A stretch of DNA of 63,853 nt, counting the filler, from Collodictyon triciliatum (Eukaryota): NCBI GenBank assembly GCA_043381765.1. It is 43 parts of 43 records of this genome, joined end to end, with 100 filler letters (N's around TTAATTAATTAA, not from the genome) between each part and the next. Parts side by side here need not be neighbours in the genome. Positions count along the whole stretch, not along the records: positions 50,615 to 51,998 come from JBHJMP010011230.1; positions 52,099 to 53,483 come from JBHJMP010011231.1; positions 53,584 to 54,966 come from JBHJMP010011232.1; positions 55,067 to 56,449 come from JBHJMP010011233.1; positions 56,550 to 57,928 come from JBHJMP010011234.1; positions 58,029 to 59,410 come from JBHJMP010011235.1; positions 59,511 to 60,892 come from JBHJMP010011236.1; positions 60,993 to 62,373 come from JBHJMP010011237.1; 35 more parts are not named here. The stretch is one strand, 5' to 3'. The notes under the pieces are model-generated. The model was not told the DNA's origin and ran no database searches. It saw only the letters and a list, made by a program, of their open reading frames with translations. Position numbers and translations under genes: made by a program. Positions 51,886 to 63,853 of the stretch are shown here, in pieces (positions within the stretch are counted from its first letter, which is position 1; each line of letters begins with the position of its first letter).

Positions 51886-52342
51886 AAAAATAAAAAGAAA
51901 AGAAAAAGGGAAGAAAATAAAAAAAAGAAAAAAAGATAAGAAAAAAGAGACAAAAGAAAAAGAAAAAGAAAAAAGAGAGAAAAAAAAAGAAAAAAGAANN
52001 NNNNNNNNNNNNNNNNNNNNNNNNNNNNNNNNNNNNNNNNNNTTAATTAATTAANNNNNNNNNNNNNNNNNNNNNNNNNNNNNNNNNNNNNNNNNNNNAA
52101 TAAAAAAAGAGAATAATAAAAAAAGAGAATAATAAAAAAAGAGAATAATAAAAAAAGAGAATAATAAAAAAAGAGAATAATAAAAAAAGAGAATAATAAA
52201 AAAAGAGAATAATAAAAAAAGAGAATAATAAAAAAAGAGAATGTGAGAGAAATGACAAGAAACTTTCAAACGGTACTGGATTTAAAAGCCATACACTGAC
52301 GAGAGAAAGGAACTGCAGCAGTAACAAGAAGACCCTATGCAG

Positions 52343-52773
52343 GTGTCACAGCGGATTGTCCAATTACCGAGCGACTCACAATTCGTCTTGAAGGTAGCAA
52401 GGTAAATATAGGAGAAAATACCATTTGTAGCGAAGTGATAAGCATGAGACTTCGCTTTTTATTCGGTATATTTAGTTACAAGATAGTTTGGATTATCACA
52501 ACGGAGGATTATGGGATTTAGAGATAGAGAGAGGGGTTATATCTCAAGAATTTTTCCTATTAACATACTGAACTCAGCAGGTCACCTTTTTCATCTTTCT
52601 GTCTTAATACAGCGTGATTGGACGAACGTTCCAGCTTAGGATTCTGAGTGAGATATTACCGATAAGCAGCCAAAGGAAGAAGCTCCCACGCCTCCTTCAC
52701 AAATGCCTAATGGCGGACTTGATTACAAGCTCCGGTGGAGAATATGTGTTCAAACACATCCTTGTTCGGGAGG
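52343..52773 (+). CDS. Second sAC/ADCY10-type STAND NTPase fragment; exons 52343-52401 and 52613-52773
   Basis: VSQRIVQLPSDSQFVLKVAS|VIGRTFQLRILSEIL...EYVFKHILVRE. Confidence 0.82.
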
Positions 52774-52884
52774 GTGAGGAATATCAGATGACTTGGAATC
52801 ATAGCAAAAAGAAAGACGGAGTTGTGCTTTTTAAAAAAAGTTGGATTATATCACTGTATTCTTTTTCTGTCTTCACAGTTTTTT

Positions 52885-53282
52885 AAGATAAAAAAGATAA
52901 AAAAGATAAAAAAGATAAAAAAAGATAAAAAAAGATAAAAAAAGATAAAAAAAGATAAAAAAAGATAAAAAAAGATAAAAAAAGATAAAAAAGATAAAAA
53001 AGATAAAAAAGATAAAAAAAAGATAAAAAAAAGATAAAAAAAGATAAAAAAAGATAAAAAAAAGATAAAAAAAGATAAAAAAAGATAAAAAAAGATAAAA
53101 AAGATAAAAAAGATAAAAAAAGATAAAAAAGATAAAAAAAGATAAAAAAAGATAAAAAAAGATAAAAAAAGATAAAAAAAGATAAAAAAAGATAAAAAAA
53201 GATAAAAAAAGATAAAAAAAGATAAAAAAAGATAAAAAAAGAAAAAAAAAAGATAAAAAAAGAAAAAAAAAGAAAAAAAAAG

Positions 53283-53371
<89 letters not shown>

Positions 53372-53484
53372 AAAAAAAAGATAAAAAAAGATAAAAAAAG
53401 ATAAAAAAAGATAAAAAAAGATAAAAAAAGATAAAAAAAGATAAAAAAAGATAAAAAAAGATAAAAAAAGATAAAAAAGATAAN
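52885..53484. repeat. 600-bp compound (A5-8 GAT)n / poly-A tract
   Basis: Direct reading. Confidence 0.95.
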
Positions 53485-53583
53485 NNNNNNNNNNNNNNNN
53501 NNNNNNNNNNNNNNNNNNNNNNNNNNNTTAATTAATTAANNNNNNNNNNNNNNNNNNNNNNNNNNNNNNNNNNNNNNNNNNNN

Positions 53584-53675
<92 letters not shown>

Positions 53676-53721
53676 TCAATGCATACCGTTTATATGTGAA
53701 CCCAATCGATATTGAATGCAG

Positions 53722-54247
53722 GAAGCATACTCCTCTCAATCATCTGGGGCAATCACAGGACTATTGATGCCGAGCAATTTCATGAAACCGTACTTTATGA
53801 AGCTTTCTATCCGCGTATCTCGTCGAGTGCAAATGATTATAGTCGCTTTCTTTTTCTGTTGGGTTTGGGGCATCATCAACCGCTTCCAGAATCTCATAGA
53901 CCCAGACCATCCCATGGTGAGTTATCCACAAACTCATCCCTTATGCTACATTTGCTCATATTTTTAGGAGAGCGAATATGACGGCAACAGCCTTTTGTGT
54001 TCTAATTATTGTTTGGTTTAATATCCCAGTATTTTCTCTACTTGATGCATTCTTTCGGGTCTCCGCTGGTAGGGTTCTCGAATAGTATGATTTATGGGTG
54101 GAATCGTGACATACGCAGGAGATTTCAGTAAGTCTTTATTGTATCAACCTAAGCTCTTGCTATCATTATTGGTGTGCGGCACATAAGTCATGGGATTACT
54201 ACTTTGTCAGGTATTGGCTCCACGGGGACACTGAACTTGTAGACTCG
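53722..54247 (+). CDS. cAMP-receptor-like / GCR1-GPR157-type GPCR, TM6-TM7 region
   Basis: IIVAFFFCWVWGIINRFQNLIDPDHPM|YFLYLMHSFGSPLVGFSNSMIYGWN matches family motifs CW....INR and P..GF.N..VYG. Confidence 0.82.
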
Positions 54248-54905
54248 GTATCTATTTCGCTTTTCATGCACCATAAGATTACGCATTCCGCAAATATCTT
54301 TATGTTTTTGAATTTAAGTTCACTTGATAGACTCACTTATACATCACTCTCCAACAATGCAGTCGAGCATTTCTGCGTAGTATTGGGTTGTGTAGAAACA
54401 TGTTCCTTTTTTGACAGAAAAGGAGGCATCCTCAGCGAAGCTTTATATAGGCGTATCAAGATGTTTACGAGTAATACAAGACCGAGGACTGAATAGATTG
54501 TCACAGGCGCATAGGTGTCTGATGACAGAAAACTCTTATATATTTGTACATCAGTTGCGAGACCTGCTTAGTTCGAGCAGATTTTCTGATAAAGAATAAA
54601 AATAAAAATAAAAAGGGTTTTGCAAGGCGATGTGCTCAAGATACACATTCGTCCAATCAAACCATCTAAATAGTATACTTGGTGCCAGCCGTCATCAGAC
54701 TTTCCTGATTGATTTAACGGCATGAAAATGTTACCCACCGCAGAATCTCAAACATGTGCTGGAACGTCATTATTGTGATGCGCTTATATTGCTCTTTCCT
54801 TTTTTCTTTAAATTTTTTTAAAAGAAAACTTAATTCTGTGCAACCCACCCCCTAGCGTTTTATGTTGGTTTTGGTTTTTTATTTTGTTTTTTTTTTTTTT
54901 TTTTT

Positions 54906-54966
<61 letters not shown>

Positions 54967-56569
54967 NNNNNNNNNNNNNNNNNNNNNNNNNNNNNNNNNN
55001 NNNNNNNNNNTTAATTAATTAANNNNNNNNNNNNNNNNNNNNNNNNNNNNNNNNNNNNNNNNNNNNAAAAAAAGAAAAAAAGAAAAAAAGAAAAAAAGAA
55101 AAAAAGAAAAAAAGAAAAAAAGAAAAAAAGAAAAAAAGAAAAAAAGAAAAAAAGAAAAAGGAAAACAAGGAAAAAAAAGGAAAAGAAAAAACCTTATGCT
55201 CTTGACGAGAACGTCCTTGCATCATGTAGATCGATTTTGAAAATTCGCGCTGGTATGAAGAAAGTTAGCACACTATCCATTTATAATAAATCTCATTTAT
55301 GAAGTCTTATTCCTGATTTGTGGACATCATTTTGAGAGTCGAGTAAAACAATTACAAAATTGCATCTGCTCAAAAATTCGAAGCGAGCCTTCTCTGGCCA
55401 CCTCCACCCTTTTGGTTGAAGTGATTGCACCAAATACGAAAGATTACAGTAAATGTTTTCTATTTCGTTTAGTTTCGGAAGTTGATTGTTCAAATGATAA
55501 GCACATGCACTTTTTTTTATTATTATTTATTTATTGCTATTTAGGATTCGACTCTGTCGCACATAAGAACTCATAAATTGTACAAGATGGCACCTACTCA
55601 TATTCTGGTCAAGGTCCGCAGGAGCATATTTATTGAAATTCAATTGAGTGTGCGCATAAAGTGCATTTACAGTGGAATCTCTCTAAATCAGCAAGAATCA
55701 GAAATGTACACATCTTGAAGACAACTATATATACATATCGTAGCAGTAATATTTGAATAGCGTTTCTTCTTTCTTCTTTTATCGTGAATTCTTGTATTTG
55801 ATTTATTTAACACTAATAGAGTATATTCTCACATCTACAACAGTCCAATCCTCATCAGTTGAGCTCCTTGAAGCTCCCTTGGAGTCAGCCTCGTTGACTT
55901 TGGGTGAAATTAAGATTATGAGTTGGGCGATGCCCATTTTACATGTGGTATACATGAGGATGTTACATTTTCCTATCACATATGATGACCAAACCTAATT
56001 GAAGAAGATAAGACGGAGGCTTTGAGTTAACCCTATCGGCAATAAAATTCGTGAACAGACAAGTTCAGATATATACACTAGTCATAAAACGCAAATATCT
56101 AAGACCCTAATATCTGTCGAGGTACGTTCCCATGAACCGGACTGTACTCTGAGAATTTTGGATGTCATTCATAATTAGAGCGACTATCTTCATCAACATG
56201 ATTTCTGTGTAAGAGAAAAGCACATACTGAACAATACTCGATGGTTTTAATAAATAATAAATAATAAATAATAAATAATAAATAATAAATAATAAAAAAT
56301 AATAATAAAAAATAATAATAAAAAATAATAATAAAAAATAATAATAAAAAATAATAATAATAAATAATAATAAATAATAATAAATAATAATAAATAATAA
56401 TAAATAATAATAAATAATAATAAATAATAATAAATAATAATAAATAATANNNNNNNNNNNNNNNNNNNNNNNNNNNNNNNNNNNNNNNNNNNNTTAATTA
56501 ATTAANNNNNNNNNNNNNNNNNNNNNNNNNNNNNNNNNNNNNNNNNNNNCGATTTTCAGATATGCAAAC

Positions 56570-57928
56570 CGATACGATGGAGCCATAGGTCATTGATAGG
56601 CATCTCTATTTGCTGCGCTATCCTTCCACCAAACATCGCTATCGTGGCATTATCTACCGCAGCTAAGTGTGTATGTGTTCTGCCGAGTGGGTATCGAGGC
56701 AAGCTGCTGTCAACCCACTCCAGTGATTCTGTGGCAATATCAGCAAAGGTTATATCAAAGTATGTATTGCTTTCCTCTTACTATCTCCAATGAAAAAAAG
56801 CTCATATATTGAATCCAATTTTGTGTAAGACATGAATATTTCATCTCATTAAGAACAAATGAAATAGATAATGGAAAGTCCGCTTGAGATACCTGCATCA
56901 AAAACCCAAAAATCAGTTAAACTGTGAATTCCTTTTCCACCAGCGACGAATACCTTGCTTTTAACCGTTTCCGAGTTCATAAAGTAGCGCGGAGATGGTG
57001 CGATGATAGGATATTGTGTTTCGTAGTCGGGAATAGGATATGTGATTATTTCGGCTGTCCCTTTATCTATAGTTTGATTAGTATGCTAATGAACATTTTG
57101 ATTACTAATAAAACGACATAATTAGAACGTCAATATTGTTTTATGAGGTACCAAATACCTATTTCAATGACTACCACGTCGTTTGTAAATGTATTTTGTG
57201 AATCAGAGGTACCGCCAAAAACTAGCAATTTATCCTCAAATACTGAGGCTGCTCCATATATGATCGACGGAATACTCTCAAAAGCAATTGGTGCGGTCCA
57301 TTCGTAGGTTGCTAGTTGGAGTTTTTTTATTTATTGAAAATATTAAGATTTTTTTTTTTAATCAAAAATAGAAAATGTAAAAAAAAAAAAATTGGATAGC
57401 TATCTTTTAAAATTCGTATGATATTTACTCAGATTGAACATGTAGAAGTTCGATTGGAACTTATAATATATATCACTTCCTCCAAACAAGACCAAAGAGT
57501 CTCTGTGAATGGCCATTTGCGTGTATTGTAATAGAGCTGCATTATCCTCGTTTTCTGGCTTCATCCTTATTCTTTTCCAAACTCTCGTTTCTACCAAATA
57601 AAGATCGGTAGGTTAAAGATTAAATACATGCATTTGATTATTTTTCAAGCTTATTTGATATATTAAAATCCAAAAAAATCATATCATGGAAATGAACCTG
57701 TGTCGAATGACCAGAACAGATATTCAAGATATCCATTATATCCTCCATAAACATATATGATATCGTTAAATGCTGCACAATTCATGCTCTCTAATGGCCT
57801 AGGTTTACTTGGCGAATCATATTCGATTTTTTCCCATTTGAATGTGTCCAAATTCAGAGAGTACATATCGTTTAACCCAACAAACCCAGCCCAGGAGCGT
57901 CCGCCAAAAAGATATAGCTATATAAAAG
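56570..57928 (-). CDS. Kelch-repeat beta-propeller protein, multi-exon fragment
   Basis: Repeated YLFGG, YVYGG, VLFGG, LVFGG, FVAGG, AMFGG followed by ND..Y/W....W. Confidence 0.92.
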
Positions 57929-59197
57929 NNNNNNNNNNNNNNNNNNNNNNNNNNNNNNNNNNNNNNNNNNNNTTAATTAATTAANNNNNNNNNNNNNNNN
58001 NNNNNNNNNNNNNNNNNNNNNNNNNNNNTTTTGCTTTTTTTTTTACTTTTCTGCTTTTATATGAGGGAAAGTTACAGTTAAAGGCTAGTGATAAGTGAAT
58101 TAACACAATGACAATGTAATTTTCTCAATCAAAATAGGCGTGTGGTCAGGGAGTATGAATCTAGACTGAAATACTTCGACCCCGAAACTAGTTATAGATG
58201 TTTCCTTCATATGATCGCCACTTCTATGACTTTTTCTGCCAAAATCTGGGAGCAATGTCGAAGTCGATACTTATCTTTTTTAATCACCCTAGCCTTTTCT
58301 CAGGACTTACCTTCTTTTGGTGCTGATGTCCATCAAGTCAATCAAAATAGTCGGTACATATCTTCACTGATGGAGGAATTGCGTATTCAGAGCATCCAGC
58401 AAAAACAAGAGTCGCTCATTCTATTAGAAGAGGCTGTCAAGTGAGACATCATCCTCATACATAGCTCAGGCTACAAACCTAGTCTCATTAGAAATCCAAT
58501 CGCGTGTATCCTGCAAACTAGCAAACTATCTGTAAAACGTTCTAATATACGAAATCAATTTCAATAGGATGCAAACTGACTTGTAGAAACACAAGTGTTT
58601 GTTGTTTCATGAAAGAACAGAATCGGCAAGTTTCAATTTTCTATTCTGATGCTTTTCAAAATGAAGCGGAAGGTGATATCATGTTCTCCCCTTTCTCTTT
58701 TTTTTTTTTTTTCCATTTAAATCAGATCCTTCGTTCACCCTTTCCGTGCGCCTTGAGGGAGATACGAGTCTCTTGTGGCATCTGTAGATAAAAGTTTAAT
58801 AAAATACATGGACGGGTGCTGAGTTGAGAAAATTCACGGATAAAATAAATGAAAGCATCTGAGGAGCCAATTAAGTTAGATTGGACAGAGAAATATAATC
58901 TATTGGACCCTTCTGTCAGACTTCATCTCTTATTCCTGGTGTTATTCTAGAAGTGGTTGACGCGTACTATTCGCGCGTGAAAAAGAAAACGCTAACCCTG
59001 TCAAACTGCTGGGGTAAAATACGGGCGTAATATTTGCCGGTTCCGACTTAGCACTGACGGCCGTTTAGAGAAAAAAAACAGAGCCGAGCATTGCATAAAA
59101 AGGGCACAGGCATGGCGGATAATAAATCTTTTTCTTGGAGAATAAGTAAGCAGTGTTGCAATAGTGCAAATTCTGATTTTGAAACACACTTAGCAAA

Positions 59198-59227
59198 GAA
59201 AAAAATCGAATAAAGGAAGAAAAAAAT
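59198..59227 (+). mobile_element. Retroposon family A micro-insertion (about 30 bp, mostly tail)
   Basis: AATCGAATAAAGGAAGAAAAAAA between 12-bp repeats ACACTTAGCAAA (59186-59197, 59228-59239). Confidence 0.75.
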
Positions 59228-60588
59228 ACACTTAGCAAAAGAGGATTCACTTGTATCTAATTCATATTTTATTCGTATTTTATTCGTATTTTATTCGTAT
59301 TTTATTCGTATTTTATTCGTATTTTATTCGTATTTTATTCGTATTTTATTCGTATTTTATTCGTATTTTATTCGTATTTTATTCGTATTTTATTCGTATT
59401 TTATTCGTATNNNNNNNNNNNNNNNNNNNNNNNNNNNNNNNNNNNNNNNNNNNNTTAATTAATTAANNNNNNNNNNNNNNNNNNNNNNNNNNNNNNNNNN
59501 NNNNNNNNNNATACATACATACATACATACATACATACATACATACATACATACATACATACATACATACATACATACATACATACATACATACATACAT
59601 GCATACATAAACTTGCTTATTTGCGCTACCAAAGGGACATATGGGAATTTACCAAAGCTTTAAATCTTCCTTATTGTTCTCTCTATGAAATGGGGTATTT
59701 TTTTATATTGATAGCATGATTAGAATTACCTTCCCTGAGCGATATGTCTTGTTTTTTTAAAAGAATGATTATAATGTTAACAGGTACACATCACTCGGAG
59801 GCCCAAGCAATACTGTCCCGAATCCATCGCTTAAACAAGTGAGTCTTAAAAATTAACCGCCTGCACAATCCTATATTGACGAATCGTATTTGATAGGAGG
59901 ATGGCTCCTATCTACCGGCATACTTTTTGAAGGATGGAAGCAAGGAGAGGGACGGAAGGCTCAAGTTGAAATCGTCTAAGGGAAGTAATGCGTAGTTATC
60001 GGCTAGAAGCCTGACTTTTCTCCCTTTAAGGAATAAACGATTTTTAAAAGGATTATTATACAACATCCAATAAGGACAAAAACACTGAAATAACACTAGC
60101 CAAAAAAAAAATTCATACGCAAAAAGAACTTTACACAGTTTGATTATGCCGATTCATCCAGCGACACAGGGAGGCCCATTTTATATATGTTGTTGCCTAC
60201 ATCATTCCGCCCAGGATTCATTTGTTAATGTTTATTGTTAATGGCTCGTCATCAAAATCAAGAATGGATGGAAGAATGTCATATATAAACGTGTCAACCA
60301 GAGAAGCTATTGTATCGTATGTAGAGTCAGGGTCTTACATTTGCGACTAGAATTAGCACCTGTGCTTCGCATAGGGGGCTTTAAATCCCTTAGAAATAAA
60401 TGTATGAATAGAACCAGAAAAGAGACACAAAAAACTGAGTAGAAAACGTTAACTAACTCCTTTATTACAAAAGCCGACTCTACCCATTACTCATAACGTA
60501 TTTTGTAGAATATGAACTCCTTTTTACTTATATTACTACTCTGTCCTTCAATTTTGTGCAGGATGGTTGAGGTGTTGGCTTTGGTTCG

Positions 60589-60891
60589 CTAGCCAGCGTT
60601 TGCACGGTCGCTTTTTGGTGGCCGGGTGGCGGAGAAGTAGTCGGTAATCAGGGATTGCATCCTACGGTTTGGCCTGTAGCCTGGGTCTTGTGCTTGCATG
60701 AGAGATACAAGGCGAGGTTTAATATCTTTCTCAGCCTCTTTCCACATGTCTCTTCTCACGGGGTCCGAGTAGTAGAGAACGTGCAGGTGGCGAAGAAAGC
60801 TGTTGAGGAAAGAGATTTGTATGATGTCATTCAGTCTGTTATCAGGAATGGGTGGCTGGTTGTTGAGTCTTGCTTTGCGTGAGTATATGCG
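60589..60891 (-). mobile_element. Retroposon family B, intact ORF C-terminus (cut by contig end)
   Basis: RIYSRKARLNNQPPIPDNRLNDIIQISFLNSFLRHLHVLYYSDPVRRDMWKEAEKDIKPRLVSLMQAQDPGYRPNRRMQSLITDYFSATRPPKSDRANAG*; homologous to family A ORF end. Confidence 0.8.
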
Positions 60892-62473
60892 CNNNNNNNN
60901 NNNNNNNNNNNNNNNNNNNNNNNNNNNNNNNNNNNNTTAATTAATTAANNNNNNNNNNNNNNNNNNNNNNNNNNNNNNNNNNNNNNNNNNNNTTTTGTTT
61001 TTTGTTTTTTGTTTTTTGTTTTTTGTTTTTTGTTTTTTGTTTTTTGTTTTTTGTTTTTTGTTTTTTGTTTTTTGTTTTTTGTTTTTTGTTGTTGTGAATT
61101 TGAATTCTCCTCAAAGGTCCAGATAAAAAACGCCTTATTTTGTAACACGCCTCACTTTTGCAAACCTTGATGCATAATCGAAGATCTAATTTAGGCATTT
61201 AAGTCGAGATATATCACGAGGCATAAATAGATAACTTAAAGTTTGTGCATATTTGAACAAGTCAGTAGTGCGTCTGCATAAATGATAGATTGGCAGTAGT
61301 GCCCGATGTTTTGGCTTTCAGTTTAATCAATCATTTTGATAAATCTGAATTGTCAAGTTATTCTTAAATGCAACGACATTTCTTTGAAATGATGAAGAGA
61401 GCCATTGTGATGAACCGCATATTATATTTAAAGAAGGGTGATGGCGCTAACCCTAACAATATATAAGGATTGGTTTTGATATCTTGCGCTGATGAATCAG
61501 GTATTCATATTGATATTTTCTTCTATGTATGCTTCCATCGATAGGAATAGCATAATATATATACCTACGGAGTCTTGGCCATCTATTGAGGCTGATGAGA
61601 AGGTCTTCATAAGTTACCTACACGATTTTATGAGAGAATATTCATCTTAACTGTGATATTTATTTATTCTATATGGCATTAAGATGGCTTATGAATCATG
61701 CATTACGCTGCTTCAAACGCTTAACAGGAGAGCAAGTTTAGCTGCATCTCGATCTGAATCATCTTAGCCTGATGAACTTTCGACCTTGTTTGGGCCTTTT
61801 CCTTCAAGCCCCGCAGCGGAACAAAGACGACTTTTTTCTTGCGTGCACATCGATCGTTGCTCCTTTTTGCCCGCAGACCCGAGTCTGAGCCTTGCACATG
61901 TCTTCCGTGGTGGGCGGCAGGAAGCTTTCGTCCTTTGGATATCGGGGAGCAAATCGAAGGAGGCATTTGCGGCTTCGGCGACCCCAAGACGTCCCTGAGC
62001 TTATCACCATCAGCGGTGTCCATACTCTCCGTGGGCTTTCCTGGTGGCCTTTGTCTTTGATGCAGACGGACTCGGCTTGTTTGCTTCGACTGCCGTTTCA
62101 TTCACTGTCTTGTTTGGTTGTCTGCTTGTCTCGGCTTAGTGATCGGTTGTGGCAGAGTCCTGTAGTTTGAAGTGCCTTTCACAAGTAACTGCCCGATGGG
62201 ACAGCAAACCAAAAGCAACCTCTTTGATTTATTGGTCAGATCACCACGAAACTGGTTGCTTCTTGTTTTTTGTATTTTGTTTTTTGTTTTTTGTTTTTTG
62301 TTTTTTTGTTTTTTGTTTTTTGTTTTTTGTTTTTTGTTTTTTGTTTTTTGTTTTTTGTTTTTTGTTTTTTGTTNNNNNNNNNNNNNNNNNNNNNNNNNNN
62401 NNNNNNNNNNNNNNNNNTTAATTAATTAANNNNNNNNNNNNNNNNNNNNNNNNNNNNNNNNNNNNNNNNNNNN

Positions 62474-62572
<99 letters not shown>

Positions 62573-62603
62573 GCATCAACAATAGACGAATATGAATACT
62601 CAC

Positions 62604-63286
62604 CTTGACAAACCCAGTGCGTCTGTCCAGGTTCAGATGGATATTGCGGATGGTTCCAAATTCGCTGAACTCTTCGGAAAGATCCTCTTCGGTTGCTTCT
62701 TCGTGGACGTTTGTGACGAACACGATCCATCCTTCGATCGCTGTGGCATGATTTCGTAATAAAAAAATAAAATACAATAAAGATTCATATCAGAGAGAAC
62801 AAATATCTTCCTTTTTTTTTCAGACTTTTTTTTTTTTTTTTTACCGAAAAGCAGTCAACGTGGTAAGGATAAAAGTGACAAGAGTAATAGGAAGCGTAAA
62901 ACAGACGATAGATAAGAAAGACTCACATCGTTGAGGCTGGCCGGAATCTGCGCCTGATCCTTGCAGCCGATCAAAGTTGCTTGCACGGCCAGACTCCATT
63001 TCGAAGGTTCCCTGACCGCGACCCTGTATTTCACGGCGCTTAGATCATGCCTGTGGCCCTCAAAAGACAGCCACCCAAGATGGAAGACATAGTACAGATA
63101 TGTTGTTCAAAAAAAGAAAAAAAAAGAGGAAAAAAAAGAAAAAAAAAAGAGGAAAAAAAAGAGGAAAAAAAGAGGAAAAAAAGGGGAAAAAAAGAGGAAA
63201 AAAAGAACCCTGGCTCTGCCACGAGAAGATCCAGCCTGTTGTGTGTGCTCGTCGCCCTGTCCGTAATCAACGCGCTCGTCGGCCAT
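62604..63286 (-). CDS. RBM8A: RNA-binding protein 8A (Y14, exon junction complex), 5' part; exons 63286-63209, 63038-62927, 62740-62604
   Basis: [52 protein letters not shown]. Confidence 0.97.
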
Positions 63287-63853
63287 TTCCTTCTTTTCTT
63301 TCCTTTCCTTTTTTTTTTTTTTGTGCCTGGGCTTTAGAAACTGGTTAGCAGGATTCGGCGTTGGGAATAACGGCAACAAACTGCGGCCCTGCCATCAAAG
63401 CTTCTGTGCCTGCCTTCTTGTGTGACCAAGTTCGCTCTCAGTTTCTTGTCGAAAACGGAGGTTCTTCATTCCAGACGTCCTCTCCTCCTCAACATCAGCG
63501 AAAGGCCACGGCTCAAAGGATTCCCCCATCGCAAGTGTCCTCTGGTCTGTCTGGTTGATGCAGTGGAGTGTGGTTTACAAATGGCTGGAGTTGCGTTGGT
63601 TATTTTGCTTGATCGGCTTAGTGGGGATAGCCGGAAATAGCGGTGGGTAGCAGGATTGAATCAGATTTTGTCTCGGCTCTCCTTTGCTTGCGAATCTGCT
63701 CGCAAATGAAAAACCACTGGTTGAAAAAGAGGAAAAAAAGAGAAAAAAGAGAAAAAAAGAGAAAAAGAGAAAAAAGAGAAAAAAGAGAAAAAAGAGAAAA
63801 AAGAGAAAAAAGAGAAAAAAGAGAAAAAAGAGAAAAAAGAGAAAAAAGAGAAA

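Overview
This window is not a contiguous locus. It is 43 unrelated contigs of about 1.38-1.40 kb, roughly sorted by decreasing length and joined by a 100-nt spacer (N44-TTAATTAATTAA-N44), so adjacency across spacers means nothing. The DNA comes from an AT-rich, microsatellite-rich, intron-rich eukaryote (probably a protist; standard code, GT-AG introns). Recognisable gene fragments: LRR protein, two soluble-adenylyl-cyclase-type STAND paralogues, an NPHP3/TEP1-type NACHT protein, Nse3/MAGE, REJ-domain protein, CAD-type alcohol dehydrogenase (disrupted), UBA3, PFKFB, mTERF, SAMHD1-like dNTPase, DUF2270, SLC13/DASS transporter, Sec31, cAMP-receptor-like GPCR, Kelch protein, RBM8A and an intron-containing tRNA-Tyr(GTA). 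The most interesting signal is a dispersed retroposon system. It has 5'-truncated copies with A-rich tails and 12-18 bp target-site duplications, five of them only 24-33 bp long. Its 3' end forms a stem-loop with compensatory variation. Its ORF ends in a canonical PCNA-binding PIP box that is conserved between two divergent families. No reverse transcriptase domain is visible, so the LINE assignment is inferred. Also notable: a virus-like fibre ORF, an LRR array that varies only on its predicted binding face, and a prokaryote-type DUF2270 gene with an intron. All family calls are from motif recognition by eye, not database searches.
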